Shown here one piece after another: positions 36,158 to 45,211 of a stretch of DNA of 64,000 bases. A program made the position numbers and the translations under genes. Source of the stretch: an uncultured Gammaproteobacteria bacterium (GTDB lineage Bacteria; Patescibacteriota; Microgenomatia; Daviesbacterales; UBA10151); contig CAYLXC010000001.1 of the NCBI GenBank assembly GCA_964387865.1, forward strand, positions 50,597-114,596. The letters are read 5' to 3'. The notes under the pieces are model-generated. The model did no database searches, was not told the origin of the DNA, and saw nothing but the letters and a program-made list of their open reading frames with translations. Within the stretch, counting starts at the first letter, position 1. The number at the start of each line of letters is the position of its first letter.

Positions 36158-37294
36158 ATGAAACTATTCTCCTGGGCAATTGTGCAAATTTTTATTTTAG
36201 TCTTTCTCCAATTTTTGATTAGCAACATCAAACTTCTTGGTAAACCTCCTAGCGGAGATTTTGCTTATTTTTATAATACGGGCCAAAGAGTATTAATAGG
36301 ACAAAATCCTTATATAAGAGAGGGTGAACCATTTTTAAGAAATCCTCCACCTGCCTTATTGATTTATTCCCTATTGCCGTTGGTTCCTATTAAGATCAGT
36401 CAGATTACTTTTTTTGCTATTTCCTTTATGGCATTTTTTATTGGATCATATTTCCTTTTTAATGCTATTGGCTACAGACCAGGCTGGACACATTGGCTAA
36501 TTTATTTTATAGCAGTTTTGATTTTTTTCCCTTTTAGGTATACACTTGGTTCAGGACACATTAATAATTTATTATTTTTGTTTATTGTGCTAACTTTTTA
36601 CTTTCTTAAACGAAAGAATGAAATTGCCTCAGGATTTTTTCTGGCAACTGCAATATTATTATCTGTCACTCCTCTATTTTTAGCAGTTATTTTATTTTTA
36701 CAAAAAAAGTTCAAAATCCTTCTTTGGACTATTTTAAGTTTAATTACTGTATCTTTTGTAACTCTTTTAAGATTTGGGTTCGAAATATTCAAGAATTATC
36801 TCTCTGCTTCAACCTCATATTTAGATTTTGGTATATCCGCATATTATAATCAATCGCTAGCTGCTTTATTTACCAGAATTTTTAATGATCCAGGACTTAC
36901 ACAAAGTATTATATTTATTATTTTGATATGTTCTTTATTATATTTCTTCTACTTAATATTTAAGACCAAAGACAATACAGATCAAGGTATAATCATTTGG
37001 AATATTGGTGTAATTTATTTAATTATATTTGCTCCATTTGCGTGGCAATATCATTTTGTAATAACTATTTTCCCACTACTTACAACTTCTTATTTGATCT
37101 TAAAAACTAAGCAAGGTTTCATATTTTTATTCATTGTTGCGCTTTCTTATTCTTTGATCGGTTACAATATCAAACATCCGCAAATATTTGATAAACTAAA
37201 TATTATTGGACAAATTATTCTATCTCACGTTTTGATAGGTACTTTTATCTTGCTTATATTAAATTTTTATCTTTTAAGAAAAGTTAAAATTTAA
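36158..37294 (+). CDS. polytopic membrane protein, GT87/DUF2029-like glycosyltransferase
   Basis: N-terminal GDFAYFYNTGQRVLIGQNPY resembles the DUF2029 start motif. There are 10+ TM segments. Confidence 0.5.
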   Translation: MKLFSWAIVQIFILVFLQFLISNIKLLGKPPSGDFAYFYNTGQRVLIGQNPYIREGEPFLRNPPPALLIYSLLPLVPIKISQITFFAISFMAFFIGSYFLFNAIGYRPGWTHWLIYFIAVLIFFPFRYTLGSGHINNLLFLFIVLTFYFLKRKNEIASGFFLATAILLSVTPLFLAVILFLQKKFKILLWTILSLITVSFVTLLRFGFEIFKNYLSASTSYLDFGISAYYNQSLAALFTRIFNDPGLTQSIIFIILICSLLYFFYLIFKTKDNTDQGIIIWNIGVIYLIIFAPFAWQYHFVITIFPLLTTSYLILKTKQGFIFLFIVALSYSLIGYNIKHPQIFDKLNIIGQIILSHVLIGTFILLILNFYLLRKVKI

Positions 37295-38674
37295 CTATTG
37301 CGGTGCAGTCATTGTTGTTTCTGTGGCACGAGTTTCTCTTACGGCAGTAATTTTAACAGCTCCCGGAACCATAACTTCTTTGGAGATTCTCTCAGCTATA
37401 TCATGAACTAACTTAGGCAATTCATCATCTGAAATTTTCTCAGGAACAACAATCACCCTTACTTCCCTTCCTGCCTGAACTGCAAAAGCTCTCTCAACTC
37501 CCTCAAATGAAACTGCAATTTTTTCTATATCATCCATCCTCTTTATATAATCTTCAACATTTTCATGTCTTGCACCCGGTCTTCCACCTGATATGGCATC
37601 AGCAATGTATACCAGAATTGATTCAATTGAAGAGAAAGGTTGATCTTCATGATGTTCAGCAATACAATTAACAACTTTTTCGGGCATGTGGAATTTTTTA
37701 GCAAGTTGAACACCTTTCTCCACATGAGTCCCCTCATCACCTTCAGTTACAACTTTACCTACATCATGCAAAAGACAACCGAGTCTAACGATATTGGCAT
37801 CTGCCCCAATTTCTTTTGCCAAAGCCACACCTATTCTTGTTTCCTCTAGAGTATGTTGGATTAAATTTTGACCAAATGAAAATCTATACTTGAATCGTCC
37901 TAAAATAGTTACAAGTTCCGCAGATAAATTATAAACACCTGCATCTTTACAAAGTTTTTCACCCTCCTCAAGCATTATTTTTTCAAAGTCTTCTTCAGTC
38001 TTTTTGACAATTTCCTCAATTCTTTGAGGCTGGATTCTCCCATCAGCAATTAATCTTTCCAGAGAAACTCTGGCAATCTCACGCCTTACACTATCAAATG
38101 ATGAAATAATCAAACTGTTGGGAATCTCATCATCCATAATCACATCAACTCCAGTTGCTTGCTCAAAAGTCCTAATATTTCTTCCCTCCTTTCCAATAAT
38201 CCTTCCTTTAACTTCTTCATCCGGCAAATTCACTCTTGATGTTGTAAACTCTGAGATATAATCAGTAAAACCATGACGCATGGCATCTGCTAATATTTCT
38301 TTTGCTTTCTCATTTGCCGTCACTTTTATTTCTTCTTCTGCCTCAACAATTTTTTTGGAAATCTCGACTGCCAGATCATTCTCAACTTGTTCCAAAAGAA
38401 TTTTCTTGGCTTCATCGGCAGACATCCTGGACGATTTTTCTAACTTCTCTATTAAATCTTTTCTTATTTTTTCTAATTGTTCTAATTTTTCATCAATTAA
38501 TTTTTGCTTTTCTGATATTTGTCTTTCCCGCTCTTCTAGAATTCCTTCTCTCTTTGCCAAATCCGATTCACGATTAGAAAAATTTCCACCAGATTGTGGA
38601 ATACTTTGAGAACCAAAATTCTTGGGGCCGAAGCTTCTTTGCATATTTTTTGGAAAATTAGAAAATAACTCCAA
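37295..38674 (-). CDS. rny: ribonuclease Y
   Basis: N-terminal coiled-coil, KH domain (IGKEGRNIRTFEQATGVDVIMDD), and HD domain (LLHDVGK). Confidence 0.85.
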   Translation of the reverse strand: MELFSNFPKNMQRSFGPKNFGSQSIPQSGGNFSNRESDLAKREGILEERERQISEKQKLIDEKLEQLEKIRKDLIEKLEKSSRMSADEAKKILLEQVENDLAVEISKKIVEAEEEIKVTANEKAKEILADAMRHGFTDYISEFTTSRVNLPDEEVKGRIIGKEGRNIRTFEQATGVDVIMDDEIPNSLIISSFDSVRREIARVSLERLIADGRIQPQRIEEIVKKTEEDFEKIMLEEGEKLCKDAGVYNLSAELVTILGRFKYRFSFGQNLIQHTLEETRIGVALAKEIGADANIVRLGCLLHDVGKVVTEGDEGTHVEKGVQLAKKFHMPEKVVNCIAEHHEDQPFSSIESILVYIADAISGGRPGARHENVEDYIKRMDDIEKIAVSFEGVERAFAVQAGREVRVIVVPEKISDDELPKLVHDIAERISKEVMVPGAVKITAVRETRATETTMTAPQ

Positions 38675-38759
38675 ATTAAATGGAGCTTTGAGGATTTAAA
38701 GTTGTAGAAACTAATACATTCATAACTTATCCTATATTTCTGATTTTCCTATACTTATT

Positions 38760-39419
38760 TTACCGCTTTTCAATAAAGTTTGCAACAATATCTTTAACTT
38801 GGGAATATCCAAAACCTCTCCTCAAAAGAAAATCATATGCTTTCTTTTTAAATACCAGGGAAGGTAAATTTCTCCAAACCTCCACTTTTTTCGCCAGCAA
38901 TTTCACTGCAACTTCTTTTTCTCTGTCGACTGTAGACTGTAGACTGATGACTTCTTCAATAATTTCCCTTCCAATTCCTTTTTGAAATAACTCCGCTTTT
39001 ATTCTCTGAGGCCCATATTTTCGCAATCTACTCTCTGTCCATGCTCGTGCAAACTGCACATCATCTAAAATACCTTTCTTTTTTAGTTTATCCACTATGG
39101 AATCAACAACAATCTGGGATATTTCATCTTTCTCTTTAATTTTTCTCTTAAAAGACAAATTTCTTAAATACTCCCTTGCTTCTTTTTCCGACCTTTGCCT
39201 TATTCCAAACCATCTATACATTCGTTCCATCATCTTTCCAACCTCTGCCTCAAATAAAATTTTATCCAGGTCCTCCAGATTAATCTCTTTTCCCACCACT
39301 AAACGTCTGTTAACAACCAAATCCTCACCTGCCCCAAAAGCAAATTCCCCATCCAAAAAAATATTAAAACGACGCGGGGTATTTTTCTGCGGATCAACTG
39401 AAGTAATTTTCATTAACAA
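38760..39419 (-). CDS. recX: regulatory protein RecX
   Basis: RecX three-helix repeat pattern. Sits downstream of recA in the same orientation. Confidence 0.7.
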   Translation of the reverse strand: MLMKITSVDPQKNTPRRFNIFLDGEFAFGAGEDLVVNRRLVVGKEINLEDLDKILFEAEVGKMMERMYRWFGIRQRSEKEAREYLRNLSFKRKIKEKDEISQIVVDSIVDKLKKKGILDDVQFARAWTESRLRKYGPQRIKAELFQKGIGREIIEEVISLQSTVDREKEVAVKLLAKKVEVWRNLPSLVFKKKAYDFLLRRGFGYSQVKDIVANFIEKR

Positions 39420-39452
39420 GATTATACTCCTTGTTATTTATAAGAGAAAAAA

Positions 39453-39605
39453 CTACTTTCTTATTCTGTGCTCAGTTCTTTTGGAGGAACTTTTTCTTTC
39501 CGGCAGAAAGTAAGCATATAGAAAAACACCTACGATAAGTCCCACAAAAACCATAATAGGGTAGACTATTCCAATTAAAATGGCTCCCAATGTCTTATCA
39601 TCCAT
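39453..39605 (-). CDS. possible small membrane peptide (50 aa)
   Basis: ATG overlaps the upstream stop (ATGGATGA). Sequence MDDKTLGAILIGIVYPIMVFVGLIVGVFLYAYFLPERKSSSKRTEHRIRK has one TM. Below the table cutoff. Confidence 0.25.
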   Translation of the reverse strand: MDDKTLGAILIGIVYPIMVFVGLIVGVFLYAYFLPERKSSSKRTEHRIRK

Positions 39606-39837
39606 AATTCTTAACTATCCTTTTTGAATACCTTTTAAAATAAAAGGATAAACTTATAAATCCTAAAGCTAAAATGAAGTTTACCACAGCAACAATTGCC
39701 AATACAAGAAGAGGAAAACTTGAAACTAAATAAATAACTAATGGAGCTCCTAACACCCCTTTTGCAATATCCATAAAGAATTTCGCAAGATCCTTAAGTT
39801 CATCCGCTTCCAATTTTCCCAAAATTCTCTTAACCAT
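39598..39837 (-). CDS. small membrane protein (79 aa)
   Basis: Two predicted TM helices. Lies between recA and recX. Confidence 0.35.
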   Translation of the reverse strand: MVKRILGKLEADELKDLAKFFMDIAKGVLGAPLVIYLVSSFPLLVLAIVAVVNFILALGFISLSFYFKRYSKRIVKNYG

Positions 39838-39845
39838 TAAATTTC

Positions 39846-40913
39846 TTATGCCGCTTCTTCGACTACGCCTGCACCTTCTTCTTGGGGTCCAACTACAATT
39901 TTATCCCCTCCGTTACTCTTTTTTCCCCAGGCTTCCCTGATTTCCTTTTCCAATTTTTCAGCTTCTTTTTTATTTTCTTTAAGATAGGCACTGGCAGCCC
40001 CTCTTCCTTGACCCAATAACTTTTCACCCCATTTTATAAATGCTCCTGATTTAGTTAAAATCCCAAGTTCAATACCTACATCCAAAAGTTCACCTTCGTG
40101 AGATACTCCATTTTCATTCATATCAAATTCTGCAATCCTGAATGGAGGAGCAACTTTATTTTTTACAACCTTAACTCTGTGTCTTGATCCAACAACCATA
40201 TCCCCGTCTTTAATATTTTCAATTCTTCTAATATCAAGTCTTATTGAAGTATAAAACTTTAGAGCCAGACCACCAGGAGTTGTTTCCGGATTTCCAAACA
40301 TAACTCCAATTTTTTGTCGAAGTTGGTTGGTAAAAATTACTATGGTATTAGTATTGGAAATAGCCGCAGTTAATTTGCGTAAAGCTTGAGACATAAGTCT
40401 TGCTTGCATCCCCATAACTGCATCACCCATCTCGCCCTCCAACTCTGCGCGAGGTACCAGTGCGGCAACAGAATCAATTACCAAAACATCAATACCTCCC
40501 GAGCGAATCAACGTTTCTGCAATTTCTAAAGCCTGCTCACCGGTATCCGGTTGAGAAATCAAAAGATCATCCAAATTTACCCCGATTTTTTGAGCCCTTT
40601 GAGGATCCAAAGCATGTTCAGCATCTATAAATGCCGCAACCCCATCTTTTTTTTGTGCCTCAGCTATAACATGAAGACAGATAGTAGTTTTTCCAGATGC
40701 CTCAGGGCCAAAAACTTCAATAATCCTTCCTTTTGGCAAGCCGCCAACACCTAATGCAAGATCTAAAGCAATGGAACCTGTGGGGATAACTTGTGTGGTT
40801 AACTTTTCAACTCTTTCTCCAAGCCTCATTATTGCACCCATGCCATATTGTTTTTGAATTTGAGCCAAAGCGGCAGAAATAGCCAATTTTTTTGCTTCAC
40901 CATCTTGTGCCAT
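39846..40913 (-). CDS. recA: recombinase RecA
   Basis: GPEASGKTT Walker A, loops L1 and L2. 355 aa. Confidence 0.95.
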   Translation of the reverse strand: MAQDGEAKKLAISAALAQIQKQYGMGAIMRLGERVEKLTTQVIPTGSIALDLALGVGGLPKGRIIEVFGPEASGKTTICLHVIAEAQKKDGVAAFIDAEHALDPQRAQKIGVNLDDLLISQPDTGEQALEIAETLIRSGGIDVLVIDSVAALVPRAELEGEMGDAVMGMQARLMSQALRKLTAAISNTNTIVIFTNQLRQKIGVMFGNPETTPGGLALKFYTSIRLDIRRIENIKDGDMVVGSRHRVKVVKNKVAPPFRIAEFDMNENGVSHEGELLDVGIELGILTKSGAFIKWGEKLLGQGRGAASAYLKENKKEAEKLEKEIREAWGKKSNGGDKIVVGPQEEGAGVVEEAA

Positions 40914-40985
40914 AAAACATTTATACCAAATATTTACCGAATGTCAATACCCCAAAATAGATGATGTATCAATGTATCCATACAT

Positions 40986-41501
40986 CTAAATTAATGGTAT
41001 GGGGTAGAGAGGAGGTATCCTCAATTTAATCTTTCTCAGCTCGTCATACCTTTGATGCTCGCCTGCTAATCCAAAATATTCAATAAATTTGTTTCCTATC
41101 TTAAAATCTGCTGTATAAATACCTTCAGGATATAAAACAGCTCTTTCATGCTCAATTTCTTTTTCAAATAAATAATCATCAATTATCTTTTCAGCTATAG
41201 AGTCACAAATGTGACCATCAGTCGCCAAACATTTATCAGCAAACATAATCGGATTGGGTTTATAACCTGCTGCTCTTACCGCATTATTCCAGTTACCAAA
41301 CCGATTTCTGGCAGCATGATAATGGTTGAATTCTCTTTTAAGAGGAATTCGTCCGTGTTCAGCATAGAACTTTTTAATCTGATCAAGAATTTCCTTTTCA
41401 TTTATGGATTGATGTTCTGACCTACACTTTACTGAGCAATAAATTCTGTAGTTAAAAATTCTCTTACCACAGAAAGAACAAATGATCCAACTCTTTGCCA
41501 T
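40986..41501 (-). CDS. zinc-ribbon + HNH-repeat (homing-endonuclease-associated repeat) protein with C-terminal nuclease-like region
   Basis: N-terminal CSFCGK...CSVKC, the repeat signature GRIPLKREF...ARNRFGNWNNAVRAAGY, and a C-terminal D/E/K-rich segment (YTADFKIGNKFIEYFG). Confidence 0.45.
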   Translation of the reverse strand: MAKSWIICSFCGKRIFNYRIYCSVKCRSEHQSINEKEILDQIKKFYAEHGRIPLKREFNHYHAARNRFGNWNNAVRAAGYKPNPIMFADKCLATDGHICDSIAEKIIDDYLFEKEIEHERAVLYPEGIYTADFKIGNKFIEYFGLAGEHQRYDELRKIKLRIPPLYPIPLI

Positions 41502-41569
41502 ATCGCCACGATACCCAAACTAAACCCAAATGTCAATAGAAAAACAAATCCTCAAATGAAAACCTATAG

Positions 41570-41641
41570 TCGGAGATAAGGGAATTGGACCCTTTGCCTC
41601 TCGGACCCCATCCGAGCGTTCTACCGATGAACTAATCTCCG
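41570..41641 (-). tRNA. tRNA-Pro (anticodon GGG)
   Basis: Minus-strand read CGGAGAU-UA-GUUC/AUCGGUA/GAAC-G-CUCGG/AUGGGGU/CCGAG-AGGCA-AAGGG/UCCAAUU/CCCUU-AUCUCCG-A. All four stems pair and the anticodon is GGG. Confidence 0.8.
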
Positions 41642-41690
41642 TAAACCTTTGTATTTTATCATCGCTCTTGTTAGAATACTACAAATATAT

Positions 41691-42305
41691 ATGAAATCTA
41701 TTATTGATGTATCACTACCTATATATGAAGGGATGATTAGTTATCCTAATAATCCTCCATTTAAAGTTAAGCCATTAAAAACCAAAACCACTTTTATTTC
41801 AGAGCTAAATATGAGCTCCCATACTGGGACCCATATTGATGTCCCCCGCCATGTTTTTGAAGATGGTATTGGAGTTGATAAAATAAATCTTGATCAGCTA
41901 ATCGGTCCTTGCAGAGTTTTAGACATGACACACTGCGAGATATCCATCCAAACTGGGGATCTGGTAAAAGAAAATATCCAGGAAGGTGAGAGAATTTTAG
42001 TAAAGACTAAAAATTCACTCCGTGGATTCAAAGAATTTTTTCCGGATTATGTTTACTTAGATGGTGATGCAGCTGAATTTCTGGCCCGGAAAAAGATTTC
42101 CATTTTCGGCATTGATTCTTTATCCATAAAACAAACAGGAAGCGATGATACAAGACCTCACACGGAACTTCTGAAAAATAACATCATTATCATAGAGGGT
42201 CTGGACTTATCAGATGTGATACCAGAAGAATATAATCTTTTTTGTTTACCTCTAAACCTTGTAGGATTAGATGGGACTCCGGCAAGAGTAATACTTACCA
42301 GATGA
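41691..42305 (+). CDS. cyclase-family protein / kynurenine formamidase-like (PF04199)
   Basis: HTGTHIDVPRH metal-binding motif. The start is reset to ATG 41691 because the table ORF (41649) would overlap the tRNA-Pro region. Confidence 0.7.
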   Translation: MKSIIDVSLPIYEGMISYPNNPPFKVKPLKTKTTFISELNMSSHTGTHIDVPRHVFEDGIGVDKINLDQLIGPCRVLDMTHCEISIQTGDLVKENIQEGERILVKTKNSLRGFKEFFPDYVYLDGDAAEFLARKKISIFGIDSLSIKQTGSDDTRPHTELLKNNIIIIEGLDLSDVIPEEYNLFCLPLNLVGLDGTPARVILTR

Positions 42306-43090
42306 AATTAATATCTTTAAATACATGGGGAGGGAAATTTTTTGATCATTTTATTCAATTTGTTAAAGAACATAAAATTAGTACAGACATTTTCTGTTTC
42401 CAGGAAATTTTTAGTACTACATCCAGTGTGAAACAGTTCAATTCTATTCTTAGAGCCAATCTTTTAGAAGAGCTTAACGCTATCTTAACTGATTTTAGAT
42501 CTTTTTATTTCCCAACACTAGAAGGTTTTGATGTAAAAGCAAACAAAGTAGATTTTGATCTTCTATACGGACAAGCAATTTTTATAAAAAAGGTTTTAAA
42601 AGTAAATAAGTATAAAAATTATTTTATATACCAAGATAAATCATTTAAAACTTTAAAGAAAAATTTTTCCAATCTGTCAACACCTCTTCAATATATTCAA
42701 TTTACAAAGGATTATAAAGTATTTTCTATTTTTAATTTCCATGGAACTGCCCATCCTGCAGCAAAGAAGGATACCCCAAAAAGATTAGAACAATCAAGAA
42801 AAGTTAAAAAAATCATTGATAAAACGAAAGGAGTAAAAATTTTAGTGGGTGATTTTAATTTGTCAATGTATACAAAAAGTATAGATATATTTGAAAAAGA
42901 TTTATTAAATCTCACTAGAAAATATGATATAGAAAGAACCCGAAGTAAACTTAGTCCTTTTTTTGGTAAAAGAAATTTCCAAAAATTTGCTGATTATGCT
43001 TTTGTATCTCCTGATGTTAATGTTCTAAATTTTGAGGTTCCAGACATTAAAATTTCAGATCATCTCCCAATGATCCTTGAATTTTCATAA
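42302..43090 (+). CDS. endonuclease/exonuclease/phosphatase (EEP) family protein
   Basis: MKLISLNTWGG N-terminal motif and C-terminal SDHLP. ATG overlaps the upstream stop (ATGA). Confidence 0.6.
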   Translation: MKLISLNTWGGKFFDHFIQFVKEHKISTDIFCFQEIFSTTSSVKQFNSILRANLLEELNAILTDFRSFYFPTLEGFDVKANKVDFDLLYGQAIFIKKVLKVNKYKNYFIYQDKSFKTLKKNFSNLSTPLQYIQFTKDYKVFSIFNFHGTAHPAAKKDTPKRLEQSRKVKKIIDKTKGVKILVGDFNLSMYTKSIDIFEKDLLNLTRKYDIERTRSKLSPFFGKRNFQKFADYAFVSPDVNVLNFEVPDIKISDHLPMILEFS

Positions 43091-43114
43091 CATATCAAAT
43101 ATCATTAGTCTTCT

Positions 43115-43687
43115 ATGGCTGTTGAATCTAACATGTTACCACTTGGAACTAAAGCTCCTGATTTTAATTTGATTGACGTGGTATCCGGAGAAACTGTCGC
43201 TATCCATGACTTTAAAGATAAAAAAGTTTTGCTCATTATGTTTATTTGCAGACATTGTCCATACGTTAAACATGTCCAAAATCATTTGGCACAACTTGGC
43301 AAAGATTATGCTGATAAAAATATAGCTATAGTTGCAATATCCTCCAATGACCCGGAAGCTTATCCGGAGGATGCGCCTGAATCCTTAAAAGAGCAAGCCC
43401 AAGAATTAAAATTCACCTTTCCCTACCTTTTTGATGAAACTCAAAATGTTGCAAAAACTTATACTGCAGCTTGTACTCCTGACTTTTTTCTTTTTGATGC
43501 TGATAGGAAATTAGTATATAGAGGTCAACTGGATGACTCCAGACCAGAAAGTAATATTCCTGTAACAGGTACTGACTTAAGGGAAGCCATAGATGCTGTA
43601 TTAAGTAATAATATCCCTGATGTAAATCAAAAACCTTCCGTAGGGTGCGGCATCAAATGGAAAGCAGACAACCAACCAAACACTTAA
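43115..43687 (+). CDS. thioredoxin-fold redoxin (AhpC/TSA-like thiol-disulfide oxidoreductase)
   Basis: CRHCPYV CxxC motif in a thioredoxin-fold context (APDF...VLLIMF). Confidence 0.7.
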   Translation: MAVESNMLPLGTKAPDFNLIDVVSGETVAIHDFKDKKVLLIMFICRHCPYVKHVQNHLAQLGKDYADKNIAIVAISSNDPEAYPEDAPESLKEQAQELKFTFPYLFDETQNVAKTYTAACTPDFFLFDADRKLVYRGQLDDSRPESNIPVTGTDLREAIDAVLSNNIPDVNQKPSVGCGIKWKADNQPNT

Positions 43688-43941
43688 ACATAAAAATTTC
43701 AGGTTTTGTCCAGGGAATTTTTTTCAGATTAACAGCAAAAGAAAAAGCGGAAAAATTGGACATCAGGGGATTTTCAAGAAATCAGCCAGACGGATCTGTT
43801 TATATTGAGGCAGAGGGAGATGAGAAAAGTTTAAGTGAATTTATAAAATGGTGCCACCAAGGTCCGTCCTTAGCAAAAGTGGAAAAAGTTGAAATATCAG
43901 AGGGATTGCTGAAGCATTTCTCAGAATTTGAAGCTTATTAA
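43657..43941 (+). CDS. acyP: acylphosphatase
   Basis: ISGFVQGIFFR and GFSRNQPDGSVYIEAEG signatures. Start taken as ATG 43657 (about 94 aa). Confidence 0.75.
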   Translation: MESRQPTKHLNIKISGFVQGIFFRLTAKEKAEKLDIRGFSRNQPDGSVYIEAEGDEKSLSEFIKWCHQGPSLAKVEKVEISEGLLKHFSEFEAY

Positions 43942-45047
43942 ACAATTCTTTCCCAGGGGAATTCTTCGCGCCCGAAGTGGCCATACGCGGCTGTTGGTAA
44001 ATAAATTGGCCTTTGTAAATCCAAGCCTTCCAAAATTCCTGCAACTGATGTATCCAAAATTTTATCCATAAAAGAAAGAATTATCTTGTGTGATTTTTTG
44101 TTAGTTCCAAAAGTTTCTACATCCTGCATAGTTGGCTTTTTTGCCCCAATAAAATAAGCAAGTCTTACCTCCGCTTTTTCAGCTAAGCCATGAGCTACAA
44201 CATTTTTTGCTAAAAATCTTGCAGCATAGGCCCCGCCCCTATCAACCTTTGATGGCTCTTTTCCTGAAAAGCATCCTCCTCCAACCCTTGCATATCCTCC
44301 ATAAGTATCAACAACAATTTTTCTTCCGGTTAACCCGCAATCCGATGCAGGCCCGCCATTATGCCAAATTCCTGTCCCATTAACAATTAATTCCTTCTTC
44401 TTAATTTTATATCCGAAAGTATCCAAAACCGGAGTTACTACTATATTATAAACATCATCCTTTACTTGATTTAAATTTATGGATTCTTTGTGAGGTATAG
44501 CAACAACAACTTGCAAAACTTTGTAAGGTTTGCCGTTTCTATATTCTATAGTTACTTGCGATTTCCCATCCGGTCTAAGATAATCCAACATTTTCTCCTC
44601 CCTTACTTGATCCATTCTTTTAACTAAAGCATGTGCAATCATAATTGGAACGGGCATTAATGTGGAAGTTTCTCTGCAGGCAAAACCAAACATCATGCCC
44701 TGGTCTCCTGCCCCTTTTTTCTTAACTCCTACTGCAATTTCAGGGGATTGTTCATGCACAAAAACCTCAATAGGTGACTTATCTGAAAAATTAAATTTGG
44801 GATTTGTATATCCAAGTCTCCTTATTTGCTCCCTGGCAATTTTTTTGTAATCCACTTTTGCATTCGCGCCTATTTCTCCTGCAATAATTAACCTGTTATT
44901 TGCCGCCAGACACTCAATTGCAGTCCTGCCTTTTGGATCTTGTTTTAATACTTCATCCAAAATTGCATCAGAGATCTGGTCACAAATTTTATCAGGGTGA
45001 CCGGCACAAACAGATTCTGATGTAAAAGTTGTTATACCGTTTTTCAT
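43938..45047 (-). CDS. metK: S-adenosylmethionine synthetase
   Basis: FTSESVCAGHPDKICDQISDAILD N-terminus and the GGGAFSGKD-like motif (GGGCFSGKEPSKVDRGGAYAAR). Confidence 0.9.
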   Translation of the reverse strand: MKNGITTFTSESVCAGHPDKICDQISDAILDEVLKQDPKGRTAIECLAANNRLIIAGEIGANAKVDYKKIAREQIRRLGYTNPKFNFSDKSPIEVFVHEQSPEIAVGVKKKGAGDQGMMFGFACRETSTLMPVPIMIAHALVKRMDQVREEKMLDYLRPDGKSQVTIEYRNGKPYKVLQVVVAIPHKESINLNQVKDDVYNIVVTPVLDTFGYKIKKKELIVNGTGIWHNGGPASDCGLTGRKIVVDTYGGYARVGGGCFSGKEPSKVDRGGAYAARFLAKNVVAHGLAEKAEVRLAYFIGAKKPTMQDVETFGTNKKSHKIILSFMDKILDTSVAGILEGLDLQRPIYLPTAAYGHFGREEFPWERIV

Positions 45048-45048
45048 G

Positions 45049-45190
45049 AAAAAAACCTCTCATCAAGAGAGGTCCAAAGTTTGCCCATACTGGACCACAT
45101 CCCACAATTATGTAAACTAATTGTGATTGGCACCGTTCTTTCCGGTTGCCGCCCCGTACCATACAATACAGGATCTCTTGATGCAGATAC
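45049..45190 (-). promoter_or_regulatory. metK leader: terminator/SD-sequestering hairpin (acctctc-ttgat-gagaggt + U7 + AUG), a long-range competing segment (gcatcaagagatcc), and a SAM-I-like core (GGCAACC-GAAAGAAC-GGUGCCAAU); putative SAM-responsive riboswitch
   Basis: Read from the minus strand: P3-like 'ggcggcaaccggaaagaacggtgccaatcac', the 5' strand 'catcaagagat' complementary to 'tctcttgatg' in the terminator 5' arm, and terminator stem acctctc/gagaggt followed by TTTTTTT and the metK ATG. Confidence 0.45.
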
Positions 45191-45211
45191 TAGTAAACCA
45201 TAAATCGTCTA

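Noticed and set aside
38280-38609. Two overlapping plus-strand ORFs (109 and 91 aa) inside rny
   Set aside because: They are antisense to the strongly supported rny gene (KH + HD domains) and have a low-complexity Ser/Phe/Leu composition typical of AT-rich antisense frames.
45049-45190. Calling the metK leader a canonical SAM-I riboswitch
   Set aside because: The P3/J3-4 core matches, but the kink-turn GGAGGGA and the pseudoknot partner GGCCC are not visible and the implied switching polarity is atypical. It is reported only as a putative SAM-clan-like leader.
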